A stretch of 64,000 nt of DNA from Candidatus Latescibacterota bacterium (GCA_965217865.1 CBDCJO010000002.1:2112001-2176000); one strand, 5' to 3'. Numbered from the stretch's first letter, positions 50,302-60,931 are shown. Translations and numbers: made by a program. The notes: a model not told the origin generated them from the sequence alone.

Positions 50302-51387
50302 TCAACGATCGAACACCCGGATCGTGAGGAACCCGTTCCGGAGCCGCGCGCTGAGAAACTTGCCGTCCGCACTGCTCTTGACGATCCCCTGGAGCAAAAC
50401 GAGGTGTTGACCTGGATCCACAGGCACGATCGCTGTGATGTTCACGCTAACGTGACGTTGCTCTGCCGTCAAGACATTGTCAATTCCGGAGAAATTTCCA
50501 ACGGCTGTATTTCCGCCAACCCGTATCCGGAGCAGGCAGTTGGTTCCGGCGGTGAGGTTCCCGACAAAACGGATGTCCAGGACGGATGGGGCGTCGACGG
50601 AGACAGTGGTCACAATATCGGTGATGTCTGACCAGGAATTTGCACTAATCGAAATCGGAGACTCGTTCGTCCCCTTTGGACCCAATGTCTGGTACCTCAG
50701 CCGAAACGGGGGGGAGGGCCCAACCCATTGCCCTTGACGATCGATCACGGTACTGCCCCCGGTAGAGACCAGACTGTCTGTGGTCACCACCCCGCCGAAG
50801 ATCGATCCTGCCCTTACATCCCCACCCACCCAGCGGCCCTTGCCGTCAATCACAACCCCACCGCCCGACATAACCACACTGTCTGCGGTCACGACCCCCC
50901 CAGAGATCGATCCCGCCGTCACATCCCCGCCCACCCAGCGCCCCTGACGGTCTATGATCGGACCAATGTCTGGGAAACTGACGGAGGCGGGTTCGATATC
51001 CCGCCCGGGCACATCATCCGCGACCTCCGCCCGGAAAGCGTAACCCACGCTCACGATCCTCTGACGAGGGACCATCTCGGCGCCCTCCCCAACCTTCACT
51101 CCCAGATAACGGTCCGCCTCCGAAAAAACAGAAAGGGGCATGGGGACCACAATGCCCAGCAGGACGTTGAACATGCCATCCGTGACCTCGACCGTTTGGA
51201 TTTCCATCCAGAGGGGGTCGCCGTCCTCCTGAGAATCATAGATTGAAAAGGCCATGCGGAAGGTTCCTGACGAAGCCGTGTCACCAACGGCCAGATGTCC
51301 CTGATAGTTCAGGAGATGCGGCACCTGTGCAAAAGACGGAGGAGGTGACCATAAGGCCAGAACAAAGATGATCAGGGTCCGATTCAT
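50302..51387 (-). CDS. Secreted fibre-like protein with 35-aa repeats
   Basis: Signal peptide ending SFA; QVPxxxNYQGxL...FSIYD...LWxE...GxFNVxLG N-terminal domain; repeats; beta-rich C-terminal domain. Confidence 0.7.
   Translation of the reverse strand: MNRTLIIFVLALWSPPPSFAQVPHLLNYQGHLAVGDTASSGTFRMAFSIYDSQEDGDPLWMEIQTVEVTDGMFNVLLGIVVPMPLSVFSEADRYLGVKVGEGAEMVPRQRIVSVGYAFRAEVADDVPGRDIEPASVSFPDIGPIIDRQGRWVGGDVTAGSISGGVVTADSVVMSGGGVVIDGKGRWVGGDVRAGSIFGGVVTTDSLVSTGGSTVIDRQGQWVGPSPPFRLRYQTLGPKGTNESPISISANSWSDITDIVTTVSVDAPSVLDIRFVGNLTAGTNCLLRIRVGGNTAVGNFSGIDNVLTAEQRHVSVNITAIVPVDPGQHLVLLQGIVKSSADGKFLSARLRNGFLTIRVFDR
50719..50955 (-). repeat. Imperfect 105-bp (35-aa) coding repeat, ~2.3 copies
   Basis: IDxxGRWVGGDVxAGSIxGGVVTxDS... 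twice, then IDRQGQWVG. Confidence 0.85.
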
Positions 51388-51595
51388 AACCGAGGCCGCC
51401 CCTTGGAAGATTCGGGAAGGTTGTCTTTCGAATTCGATATTCATAACGGTTTCCTTCTCGACATCAATTTAGGACACAGGATCGGGATTGAGCAAGAGAA
51501 AAAACGATCATGGGAAACTTAAAGACCCTTGGCGGGATCATCGCTCAGGGGAAGGGAACCTGGCGAACTGCACCCGTTGATCGGGGAAAAAAATC

Positions 51596-51624
51596 TTGAC
51601 TTGGAATTCAATATATCGTATCGT
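51596..51624 (+). promoter_or_regulatory. Sigma70-type promoter for smc
   Basis: TTGACT-17 bp-TATCGT. Confidence 0.5.
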
Positions 51625-51776
51625 TTTGGTGGTTTGACCTACTACAGATTGTATATTTCTTGGGATCACTCGGAATCCTGCCACTCCCCGAAATCGGGAT
51701 TCCCGTCCCTCCCCTTCGGTTCGAATTGTTCCCCGCGATCTCAACGTCCAGCAACAGCTCTTGATCGGAGGCAGGT

Positions 51777-54700
51777 GTGTACCTCTCGCGGTTGACCGTT
51801 TTCGGTTTCAAGTCATTTGCCCATAAGATCGAAATCGATTTTCGAGGCGGCATCACCGCCGTTGTGGGGCCGAACGGCTGCGGGAAAACCAACATCGTCG
51901 ATGCCATCCGCTGGGCCATCGGGGAAACCCGGCCCGGAGCGATGCGAAGCAACCGGATGGAAGACGTCATCTTCACGGGATCCCGCCAACGAAAGCCGCT
52001 TGGCATGGCCGAGGTATCCGTCACGATTTCTAACGATAAAAAGATATTGCCCGTGGAGTTCTCAGAAGTCACGGTCACCCGTCGCCTGTTCAGGTCGGGT
52101 GAGAGCGACTATCTCCTGAACAAGATTCCCTGCCGCCTGATGGATATCCATACCCTTTTCATGGACACCGGGTTGGGAGCCCACGCCTATTCTGTGATCG
52201 AACAGGGGATGGTGGACGCCATTATCAGCGACAAAGCCGAGGACAGGCGGCACATATTCGAGGAAGCAGCCGGGATCACTCGCTACAAAATAAGACGCAA
52301 GTCGGCCTGGAACAAACTCGTGTCCATCCAGGGCGATCTTCAACGGATCGACGATATCGTCGGAGAGGTGGAACGCCAGGTCCGCTCACTTCAGCGCCAG
52401 ATGCGGAAAGCCCGGCAGTATAAAAACCTCGCCGATCAGGTGAAGGAAATGGAAGTCTCCCTTGGACGGCACCGATATTTTGAGTTGGCGGGGGCCGCCA
52501 GGCCGATGGTCGAGGAGATCCAGTTCCTGAAGGAGGAAGTGGACCTGGGGAACTCGGACCTTGCCCGCACGGAGGCTCGCCTCGAGGGCGTAAGGGTTGA
52601 CCTTTCCGAACAGGATCACGCCCTTTCTTCGATCAATGCCGAGTTGAGCAGTCATCAGACCGTCGTACACGCCAAAGACAGGGAAATCTCTGTTGCCCGC
52701 GAGAGTATCCGGGGAATCGAGGCCTTTTTGGAGAGGGCGAGGAATGGCCGGTTGGAAACCGGTCAGCGGTTGGAGAGGGTCATCCAGGATCTGAATCGGT
52801 CCCAGGAGGAAAGGGAAGAGACAAATAAGACCTTGGTTGCCACGGAGGGGAATCTGAGGGATGCGGATTCAGACATGAAAAGGGTCCAGTCACTCATGGA
52901 GGAACAGAGGAGCCTGGCGGATGACGACAAGTCGAGGTTAATCGAACTTTTGGGGAAACGCAGCGAGAGAGGGGGGCGACTCGAGCGCCTTCGAGGGGAG
53001 CTCGATGGACTGACAGCTCGTCTGGCAGAGGTCAAAAAAGAATCGTTGTTGACCGCAACCCGAACTGAGGTTGCCGTTCGCAGCGTGGAGATGGCCGCTT
53101 CGGAGAGGCGCATCTCAGAAGAACAAAGGGACGCGTTACAAACCCGAAAGACCCAGCTTACGGAAGCCCTGAACCGGGCTCGGGAACACGCGGGGGTTCT
53201 CAACCAGGAGGAAAATGAACTGAAGCGAAGGATGGAAGGGGTGCGGGCACGTCTCCACCTGCTGGAACGCCTCCGGGAAGGATTCGAAGGATTTTCCGAT
53301 GGCGTCCGGTCACTGGTTGTCGACTCCCCCCATTCGGGGGATATTCGTGGGGTGGTCGCGGACCTCATCGAGGCGGATGAACCCTATCTCCAGGCCCTGG
53401 AGACCGCACTCGGACGATCCCTGGAAGCCCTCGTGGTCCCCGGGACAACCGATGCCGAGAGTGCCATCCGATTCCTGAAAGAAGGTGCGAGGGGGACTGC
53501 GGGATTCTGGCCTTTGGAGCGGATAAACGAATCGACCGAGGAGCCGACCTGGGAGCCGCCCTCCGAAGAGGGTGTCATCGGGAAAGCCGTCGACCTGGTT
53601 CGTTCAGACATCGAACTTTCAAACCTCGTTCGGCACCTGCTGGGGCATACGCTCGTGGTGCAGGACATGGCCTCGGCCCTGGCTGTTTCGCGGACGAATC
53701 TCCCGAAAGGAATCGACCTTGTGACGCTGGATGGAGACCTTTTGGCTGCCAGCGGGATGGTCTCTGGGGGCAGGTCCGGAGGGGAACGGGAATCTGTCGG
53801 CCTGATCGGACGCAAACAGCAGATCAATAGCCTCCGCAGTGAGCTGGAGGATGGCGATCGACAACTCGAGGATCTTTCCGAACGGATCGCTGAAGCCCGG
53901 GAACGGACTGGGGAATTAGAGAGACAGTTGTCCGGGGTTGAAGAACAGCTCTCCGATCTGGAAAACGGGATAGCGACCCTGGAAAGAGATCGGGACAAGG
54001 CCCAAACCGAGGTAGATCGATTGCAGGAACTGAAGGTGTCGCTCCAGGAGGAGGAAAATAGAATCCGTTCCGGTGTCAAGGCCGCAGAGGAACAGATCGA
54101 AGACCAGGAGAAAGACCTCAGGCATATCGACGCAGATCGTGAGGAACTGGAACGCTTCGCAATTCAGCACGATGAAGCCTTAAAGCACGCCGAGGAAGCC
54201 ATGCGTTCCCGCCGGGAAACGACAAACGATCTGACACTTCGAGTCACGACCCTCCGGGGACGCCTGGAGGAGTTGGAAAGAGAAGGGTCAAGGCTCGATG
54301 GGGAAAAGATCTCCCTGGGAAGTCAGATCGAGGGGATGGATTCTGAAATCGCAGAAGCGGCCAGCCGGAAAGAGGCCATTGCGTCAAAGGGGGCCAGGGA
54401 TAAAGAAGAGATGGAGAAACTTCACAGGGTTCAAACTGAAATCGAAAAACGGCGAGACAGTCACGCGGAACGTTACCAGGAACTCGCCCTGAGCACCAGG
54501 GGTCTGGAAGATGATATTCGAGAAAGGCAGCGGCGCCTGAATAAACAACGCGAAAAGCTTCACGACCTGGAGTTGGGGCTTCAAGAGTTGAAAGGGAAGG
54601 CCGATGCCCTTCGAGGTCGGCTCTCTGAGACTCACCGGGTGGATGTCAAAGAGATGGGACCCCCTGAAGACGACGGGGGATCCAACGTCGATCTCCTTGA

Positions 54701-55406
54701 GAAACGGATCTATGAATTCCAGGACCGGATGCGACGCATCGGCGCTGTCAATATGGCCGCCCTGGAGGATTACGAAATCCAGAAAGACCGTTACGAATTC
54801 CTGAACAAACAGCGGAACGACCTGTTGGAGGCCGAGGAAACCTTAAAGAAAACGATTGCGAGGATCGACCGGACAGCCAGGAGCCGATTTACAGACACTT
54901 TTGCCAAAATCCGGGAAAATTTTCAAAAAACCTTCGTGGCGTTTTTCGAGGGCGGTGAGGCCGATCTCTGGATGGAGACAAATCAGGACCCGCTTGACGC
55001 CCCGATCCACATCACCGCTCGTCCCCACGGAAAGCGGCTCCAGCACATCAACCTCCTCTCCGGAGGAGAGCGGTCCCTGACCGCGATCGGTTTATTGTTC
55101 GCGATCTACCTGGTTAAACCGAGTCCCTTCTGCATACTCGATGAGGTGGACGCCCCTCTGGACGATGTCAACATCGACCGCTTTACCCGGGTTTTGCGGA
55201 AGTTCGCCGCGGACACCCAATTCATCGTCGTAACCCACAACAAGAAGACGATGGAAGCTGCTGAATCGCTCCACGGCGTCACCATGGAAGAACCCGGTGT
55301 GTCCAGGCTTGTCTCGGTCCGGATCGGAAGGAACGGCAAACAGCAGAGCAGCGAGGCCCCACCCCGGGTGGAGACATCCGAAGCGACCGAGGCCGTACCT
55401 GCCTGA
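51777..55406 (+). CDS. smc: Chromosome segregation protein SMC
   Basis: GFKSF, GPNGCGKT, coiled coils with a hinge, LSGGE, LDEVDAPLD. Confidence 0.97.
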   Translation: MYLSRLTVFGFKSFAHKIEIDFRGGITAVVGPNGCGKTNIVDAIRWAIGETRPGAMRSNRMEDVIFTGSRQRKPLGMAEVSVTISNDKKILPVEFSEVTVTRRLFRSGESDYLLNKIPCRLMDIHTLFMDTGLGAHAYSVIEQGMVDAIISDKAEDRRHIFEEAAGITRYKIRRKSAWNKLVSIQGDLQRIDDIVGEVERQVRSLQRQMRKARQYKNLADQVKEMEVSLGRHRYFELAGAARPMVEEIQFLKEEVDLGNSDLARTEARLEGVRVDLSEQDHALSSINAELSSHQTVVHAKDREISVARESIRGIEAFLERARNGRLETGQRLERVIQDLNRSQEEREETNKTLVATEGNLRDADSDMKRVQSLMEEQRSLADDDKSRLIELLGKRSERGGRLERLRGELDGLTARLAEVKKESLLTATRTEVAVRSVEMAASERRISEEQRDALQTRKTQLTEALNRAREHAGVLNQEENELKRRMEGVRARLHLLERLREGFEGFSDGVRSLVVDSPHSGDIRGVVADLIEADEPYLQALETALGRSLEALVVPGTTDAESAIRFLKEGARGTAGFWPLERINESTEEPTWEPPSEEGVIGKAVDLVRSDIELSNLVRHLLGHTLVVQDMASALAVSRTNLPKGIDLVTLDGDLLAASGMVSGGRSGGERESVGLIGRKQQINSLRSELEDGDRQLEDLSERIAEARERTGELERQLSGVEEQLSDLENGIATLERDRDKAQTEVDRLQELKVSLQEEENRIRSGVKAAEEQIEDQEKDLRHIDADREELERFAIQHDEALKHAEEAMRSRRETTNDLTLRVTTLRGRLEELEREGSRLDGEKISLGSQIEGMDSEIAEAASRKEAIASKGARDKEEMEKLHRVQTEIEKRRDSHAERYQELALSTRGLEDDIRERQRRLNKQREKLHDLELGLQELKGKADALRGRLSETHRVDVKEMGPPEDDGGSNVDLLEKRIYEFQDRMRRIGAVNMAALEDYEIQKDRYEFLNKQRNDLLEAEETLKKTIARIDRTARSRFTDTFAKIRENFQKTFVAFFEGGEADLWMETNQDPLDAPIHITARPHGKRLQHINLLSGGERSLTAIGLLFAIYLVKPSPFCILDEVDAPLDDVNIDRFTRVLRKFAADTQFIVVTHNKKTMEAAESLHGVTMEEPGVSRLVSVRIGRNGKQQSSEAPPRVETSEATEAVPA

Positions 55407-55434
55407 CCCTCGGCTGTATCACTGGAATCCACGT

Positions 55435-55464
55435 AAAAAGGAGGACGTTTTTGTCCTCCTTTTT
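55435..55464. terminator. Bidirectional terminator between smc and serS
   Basis: AAAAAGGAGGAC-GTTTTT-GTCCTCCTTTTT. Confidence 0.85.
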
Positions 55465-55498
55465 GTGTTCTAACACCTTTGTTCCACCCCGCTTCCAC

Positions 55499-56770
55499 CT
55501 ACTTCGGCTCGATGACTGCTTTACCCCCCAGATATGGGCGCAAAACCTCCGGGATGACAACGCTTCCATCTTTCTGCTGATTGTTTTCCAGGATGGGAAT
55601 CAGGATACGTGGAGACGCGATAACCGTGTTGTTCAGGGTGTGGGCGAAACGAATCTTTCCCCCCACATCCCTGTACCGCAGATTCAGGCGTCGGGCTTGG
55701 AATTCGTGAAAGGTCGAGCAGGAGTGGGTCTCGCCATAGGCCTCACGCGAAGGCATCCAGGACTCGATATCGTGCTTCCGGACTTGACCAATTCCAAGAT
55801 CACCCGTGCAGACCGCGACAACCCGGTAGGGAACCTCGATGGCCTGCACAATCTCCTCGGCATTCCGTAAGATGGCTTCGTGCCACTTTGCGGACTCCTC
55901 CTCCTCGTTCGCGCAGACGATGACCTGTTCCACCTTTTCGAACTGATGGATGCGATAAAGACCCCGGGTATCCTTGCCGTAAGTCCCCGCTTCCCGCCGA
56001 AAGCAGGGGGAAAGGCCGAAGCTTTTCAAGGGGAGGTCCGATTCGGCTAAAATCTCCTCGCAACGATACGATGTGAGCGAAACCTCGGCTGTCCCCACCA
56101 GAAATGCGTTGTCTTTTTCTACGTGATAGGCCTGATCGCGGCCTGTTGGGAAATAGCCGGTACCAACCATAGGCGCCTCATTCACGAGCACGGGCACCAC
56201 CATGGGGGTGAAACCCTTGGTTGTCATCCGATCTATGGCTAGGCGCAAAATCGCCCAGTGAAGAAGGCTCCCATCATTTTTGAGAATATAACTGCGGCTC
56301 CCTGCGAGTTTGACCCCTCTGGTGACATCGATCAGGTCCAGAGACTCGCCCAGTTCGACGTGATCCTTCGGGACGAAATCGAACTGCGGCGGGGTCCCCC
56401 ATCTCCGAATCTCCACATTATCCAATTCGGTCTCTCCCTCAGGGACATCTTCACGGGGGGGATTGGGGACGTGAAACAACGCTTCGGTGATCTGGTCGTC
56501 CAGCCTTCGGTACTCCGGCTCCAAGTTCTTGATTTCATTGGCCACCTCTTTCATACGGACGATGGCCTTCTGTTTTTCATCTCCCTGGAGCTTGGATACC
56601 AGCTCGGATCCCCGGTTCCTTTCGGCCCGGAGCGTGTCAAGTTCCGTGCGAATCTCCCTCCCGCGGGCATCCATGGCGAGCAATCCGTCCAGATCCACCT
56701 CGATCCTCTTTTTCCTGGCTCCTTCTCTTATTAGATCCGGGTTCTCGCGAATAAATCTCAGGTCAACCAT
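55499..56770 (-). CDS. serS: Serine--tRNA ligase
   Basis: GTAEV, CFRREAG, RIHQFEKVE, ETHSCS, HTLNNT. Confidence 0.97.
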   Translation of the reverse strand: MVDLRFIRENPDLIREGARKKRIEVDLDGLLAMDARGREIRTELDTLRAERNRGSELVSKLQGDEKQKAIVRMKEVANEIKNLEPEYRRLDDQITEALFHVPNPPREDVPEGETELDNVEIRRWGTPPQFDFVPKDHVELGESLDLIDVTRGVKLAGSRSYILKNDGSLLHWAILRLAIDRMTTKGFTPMVVPVLVNEAPMVGTGYFPTGRDQAYHVEKDNAFLVGTAEVSLTSYRCEEILAESDLPLKSFGLSPCFRREAGTYGKDTRGLYRIHQFEKVEQVIVCANEEEESAKWHEAILRNAEEIVQAIEVPYRVVAVCTGDLGIGQVRKHDIESWMPSREAYGETHSCSTFHEFQARRLNLRYRDVGGKIRFAHTLNNTVIASPRILIPILENNQQKDGSVVIPEVLRPYLGGKAVIEPK

Positions 56771-56837
56771 AGATTGCCTCAAGAGAAAAACGTCCCGGTA
56801 GATCGCCTCCAAAGTTCGGATTCCGACTCGAGCGGGA

Positions 56838-57372
56838 TTATCCCTTCCCTTTTTTGATCCGAAGCAAAACCGATTGAATCTTCAGGGCGGTGTCCCTGTT
56901 CAGCCTTGATAAAATCCGAAGGACAGTGTCCTCATCCAGCTCTGAGATCGTTGCGGCCGCCTGTCCGGGTTCCATCATGGCGCACAAACTGGCGAGTTGA
57001 TCGATCTTCTTTTCCTGGACCACTTCGTGGGACCTGAGGCGCCCCTTAAGATCGGTCTTAAGAATCTTCAGTTCCGCCAGTTCCCGCTCCGCTTCCGACC
57101 TCGAAGGGGCTCTTTCCTTCGGGTTGGGGGCAATAGACGAGTCCAATCCGGATAATTGCCCCGGCGTAGACGCCTCTTTTTCGGTCTGACCGGCCCGCTC
57201 CGCTGATGAAGATAACTCTAAAGGCATCGACGATCGTGCCGATGATTCTGACAGGTCCCAGAGGGAGAAATTTGTGGAACTGGGGGTCTAAACAGCAGGA
57301 CCATGGACCCCAGAACCGCCGCGAAGGAAAAAAACATAAACAGGACAAGTTGGGTCGGGGATTGAGTTTCAT
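56838..57372 (-). pseudogene. MotE/FlbB-like (MgtE-N-like) membrane-anchored coiled-coil protein with frameshifts
   Basis: C-terminal LAxLxxxMEPGQAAxxIxxL...ILSRL...A pattern. The N-terminal TM (QLVLFMFFSFAAVLGSMVLLF) is in a different frame from both the ATG at 57372 and the C-terminal part. Confidence 0.6.
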
Positions 57373-57521
57373 TTGCTTAACCTGAAGTGAACGGGCAGAA
57401 AAACCATCCTCCCTTGAAACTTCTTTTCATAAAATATCGGACCAATCGTTCGCTTTGTCAATAGACCATTAAGGATTGAAAAAAAAGAGATTAGGTCCTT
57501 AAACTGAAACGTTTGTCGGTT

Positions 57522-57538
57522 TTGGCACAGCTTTCGCT
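57522..57538 (+). promoter_or_regulatory. Sigma54 (-24/-12) promoter
   Basis: TTGGCACAGCTTTCGCT with GG-N10-GC spacing and an A-rich tract upstream. Confidence 0.6.
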
Positions 57539-57593
57539 TAACGTTTCTGTAGATGTAAAAAATCAATCCAAAACAGCGAAAGGGGTGATCTCA

Positions 57594-57740
57594 GTGGACT
57601 GTCCGGAAAGAGAATGGAAAGACAGGATGGCCTATCTTGCCCTATTTTATGCGATCAAAGGGCAAATCAGGAAGTCTGAACAGCTCCGGAGGCTGATCCG
57701 AAAGATCGACCAGCCAACCCCGGCGACGGTGTCCGGTTAA
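57594..57740 (+). CDS. Small hypothetical protein (~48 aa)
   Basis: GTG start after AAAGGGG, helical composition, downstream of the sigma54 site. Confidence 0.4.
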   Translation: MDCPEREWKDRMAYLALFYAIKGQIRKSEQLRRLIRKIDQPTPATVSG

Positions 57741-57743
57741 TAT

Positions 57744-58685
57744 TTACCTCCCTGCCCTCGATGCTTCCGGGTCTCGAACCGCTTCTTTGCGGAGCACCGC
57801 AACGACTGCCAGGCAAAGAAATTCGGCGAGCATAAACCAGAGCCGAGACCATAATGCCGATGGCGTGGCCAGGGCGGATGGAATATGATAACCCAGGAAA
57901 TAGGCCAGGATGCCCTCACGCACCACCAGGCCTCCCGGTGCCAGCAGGACCAAAAGCCCCCCCGTGTAAGCGATGGCATGGATCGGGATCAAGACTCCGA
58001 TCAGGTTCGGTGAAACCGGTGCCAGAGATGAGATGAACACGTAGAGGGCAAGTCCGTAGCCAAACCAGCCCAAGGTATATAGCCCTGTGATGAATAACAG
58101 TTTGGCGAACGAAAAACGGATGTGAATCGGTTCCTGCTTGAACAGCCTGAGCAGGAGATTGATCGCCCTTTCCAAGACTCGAGGGTGAAGAAAACCAATC
58201 CCGCCCCCCAGGATGATCAGCAGCAAGGTCGTCCACATCGGTTCGATGGGATTCCCCTCGAAGGCGAGGTATAGCCCGAAGAGGCCTGCAGCGGACAACG
58301 TCGAAAGGGCCTGGGCAAGAACAATACTCAATCCGGTGACGCGTTTCGGAATCCCTTCCTTCTCGCATAAATAGACCATCCCCACCACCTGCCACACCTT
58401 CCCCGGAAGATATCTTCCAAGGTTTGATACAAACCAGATTCTCCAGGCGATACGCATCGGAAGGTCATAGCTCATCCATCTTAAAATGATCCGCCAGATC
58501 GGAATCATGGAACCCAGGACAACGAAAAGCAAAAGGACGGAGAGGACGAGACGGAAAAGGTCGAACCGCCAAGTATACTCCGAAACTTGGGTCCAGTTAT
58601 GATAAAGGTTTTGGAAGATGAAGTAGGCGATGATCCCCAACCCCACCAGTTGAAGCGACCGTCCGAGCGGTTTTTTGAAGTTCAT
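57744..58685 (-). CDS. Lysylphosphatidylglycerol synthase TM / flippase-like (UPF0104) membrane protein
   Basis: SNLGRYLPGKVW and APGGLVVREG; coupled to the GT genes. Confidence 0.85.
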   Translation of the reverse strand: MNFKKPLGRSLQLVGLGIIAYFIFQNLYHNWTQVSEYTWRFDLFRLVLSVLLLFVVLGSMIPIWRIILRWMSYDLPMRIAWRIWFVSNLGRYLPGKVWQVVGMVYLCEKEGIPKRVTGLSIVLAQALSTLSAAGLFGLYLAFEGNPIEPMWTTLLLIILGGGIGFLHPRVLERAINLLLRLFKQEPIHIRFSFAKLLFITGLYTLGWFGYGLALYVFISSLAPVSPNLIGVLIPIHAIAYTGGLLVLLAPGGLVVREGILAYFLGYHIPSALATPSALWSRLWFMLAEFLCLAVVAVLRKEAVRDPEASRAGR

Positions 58686-59824
58686 CGGCCTCCCAAAGGC
58701 TTGATGCTTCGGACCGCATCCGTGAAGGTCCTGGCAGAGGCCTGAATATCGAATTCCTTACAGACTTCAGGCGCACGCTTCGAAAGATCAAGATCCTTTC
58801 CCAGGGCAGCGGAGATGGCTTCGGCGATCCCCTCAGGACAGATGGTTCGAGCAACCACCCCCACCTCGAAATCCCTGATAATCCAACCCAGATCCCCCAC
58901 GTCCGTGGCAACCACGGGCTTGCCGGCTTGCATGGCCTCGTGAAAGACAACGGGCATACCTTCCTCTCGGGAAGGTATCACCAGCAGGTCGCAAGCTTTC
59001 ATATAAGCCGTCACCGTGGGTGCATTGACCATTCCTTCGAAAAAGACCCGATCCCTCAGGCCCAATGTGTCCACATCCCGTTCAAGCTTCTTCCTCAAGC
59101 TGCCATCCCCCAGTACGTGAAGGTCTATCCCTCCGCCTTTTGAGAGCAAATGAGCCACGGCTCGAATCAACAGGTCGACCCCCTTGACCGGTTCCAGGCG
59201 ACCTACAAAAAGGAGGTGTTGCCTCCCCGAGGGCAGTTCGGCCATCCGTGTTTCGGAAATTGGGAGAATCCGGTTCGTCGGCATGAAACCGGGCGTTCTG
59301 CCGACGAAGGCATTCACGTCCCGGGCTAATCCCCTGCTGTTGGCGAAAAGACACGTCGAATCCCTTAGGGTTTTCCTGACCAGTTGCTTCAAAATCGGTC
59401 TCCGCCCAAATTCATGAATGTCCGAACCGAGGCACCAGACCGCGTATGGAATACGGGTCTTGAGCCACGCCCGACGGCAGAGAACCCCACCGGGGACGGC
59501 CCAGGCTGCGAGACAGAAATCGATCTCCTCACGGTGGATCAGGTCGACAAGGGCAGTTACCCCTTGGCGAAAAAGACTCGGCAGGGAAAGAACGTCGGAG
59601 AGGCGATAGGGTTTTAATTCTCCCAGGCGTCTTTGGCCACCCCGCCACGGAAAGGTCCTTACGCATTCAGAACGCAGACGAGGCCTGGTTCCGTGCATCT
59701 CCGGAGTGAGAACGACGACCCGGAATCCCTCTTTCCGGAGGGCGTTTAAAAAGTCCAGGAGAAAGTTGCCATAGAGATCGCCTTCGTACAGGGGATAGCA
59801 GTGGGTGACGACGCAGAGGTTCAT
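58682..59824 (-). CDS. Glycosyltransferase family 4
   Basis: GSDI, FVGRLxxxKG, PSREEGMPVVxxEAMxAGKPVVATDVG. Confidence 0.92.
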   Translation of the reverse strand: MNLCVVTHCYPLYEGDLYGNFLLDFLNALRKEGFRVVVLTPEMHGTRPRLRSECVRTFPWRGGQRRLGELKPYRLSDVLSLPSLFRQGVTALVDLIHREEIDFCLAAWAVPGGVLCRRAWLKTRIPYAVWCLGSDIHEFGRRPILKQLVRKTLRDSTCLFANSRGLARDVNAFVGRTPGFMPTNRILPISETRMAELPSGRQHLLFVGRLEPVKGVDLLIRAVAHLLSKGGGIDLHVLGDGSLRKKLERDVDTLGLRDRVFFEGMVNAPTVTAYMKACDLLVIPSREEGMPVVFHEAMQAGKPVVATDVGDLGWIIRDFEVGVVARTICPEGIAEAISAALGKDLDLSKRAPEVCKEFDIQASARTFTDAVRSIKPLGGR

Positions 59825-60774
59825 TCGCGGTATGCGTGAGTCCCTTTTTTCAATGAACGCTCCAACCTTTCGACCCGTTCGTCGCAACCGACTACAAGAT
59901 CTGCGAGAAAACCGGTCGCAAACAGCTGGAGCCCGGAAAGGACGAACATCACAGCCAGGGTAAAAATCGGCCGTTGCTGAGTCTGGATCGTCAACCACAG
60001 GTAGGCCAGATACAGGAACAGGGAAGCCCCAACCCCGGCAAGAAGGACCCCCGCACCACCGAAAAAGAGCATCGGTTTTCTGCTGAAAACCGTCTGGAAC
60101 TTGAGTGCGACGATATCCAAAAAGGAAATCGGGATGCGGGACCACCCGAACTTGGAGCGGCCATGCTTCCGGTGATAGTAATTTGTGGGCACCTCGGCGA
60201 CGCGGTAGCCTTTTGCAGCAGCAAGCAGGTAGATGAACCGATGCCAGTCGGAGCGAAGGTTCAGTTCCTCCATCACCTCCCGACTGAAAGCCTTGACCCA
60301 GTTCATGTCGTGGACATTTACATCAAACAGCCAGCGGCAGACCAGGTTTGCAACCCAAGAGGCGGGGACCTTGCTGCCAGACCGCCCCTGCCGCCACCCC
60401 ACCACCATGTCGTAACCCTGGTCCAACTTTCCAAGTAGTTTTGGAATATCCTCCTCCGGGTCTGACTCAAGATCCGCACACAGGAATACAATCCGTTCGC
60501 CCCGGGCATTTGCAAAACCGGTTTTCATCGCCTCGGTCTGGCCGAGCTTCATGCGATGGGTGAAGATCCGGAGGAACGGATAACGCTCCCGGGCTTCTTC
60601 CGCCTCGCGTAAGGTTCCGTCATTGCTCCCGTCGTCGACCAAAACGATCTCCCCATCGATCCCCTGGTCTTTGAACGCCCGGGCGATTTTTTCGATCAGA
60701 GGGGGAATATTCCCCTCCTCGTTGTGAGCGGGGACAAACACCGTAACCCCAGCCGTTTTTTGTGACATATCCAT
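59821..60774 (-). CDS. Glycosyltransferase family 2 (polyprenol-phosphate glycosyltransferase, ArnC/GtrB-like)
   Basis: VPAHNEE, VDDGSND, xADL, RxxGxSKF, two C-terminal TMs. Confidence 0.9.
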   Translation of the reverse strand: MDMSQKTAGVTVFVPAHNEEGNIPPLIEKIARAFKDQGIDGEIVLVDDGSNDGTLREAEEARERYPFLRIFTHRMKLGQTEAMKTGFANARGERIVFLCADLESDPEEDIPKLLGKLDQGYDMVVGWRQGRSGSKVPASWVANLVCRWLFDVNVHDMNWVKAFSREVMEELNLRSDWHRFIYLLAAAKGYRVAEVPTNYYHRKHGRSKFGWSRIPISFLDIVALKFQTVFSRKPMLFFGGAGVLLAGVGASLFLYLAYLWLTIQTQQRPIFTLAVMFVLSGLQLFATGFLADLVVGCDERVERLERSLKKGTHAYRE

Positions 60775-60901
60775 AGGATAACCGTCGGGAAAGTGCGATG
60801 CCGGGATATCAAGCTTCGCATTGGATATTGAGCCAACGATTCAAGACGGTAGACGTTTCAGGATCGATTTCGACGTAGGGTTACGCGGCTAGAATTGCGA
60901 T

Positions 60902-60931
60902 AAAAAAAGGACGAAGGCAAGGCCCTCGTCC
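60902..60931 (-). terminator. Rho-independent terminator after gltA
   Basis: GGACGAGGGC/GCCTTCGTCC stem followed by T7 on the minus strand. Confidence 0.8.

Noticed and set aside
59825-60145. N-terminal extension of the GT4 ORF
   Set aside because: Overlaps the GT2 gene; the real start is the ATGA-coupled ATG at 59824.
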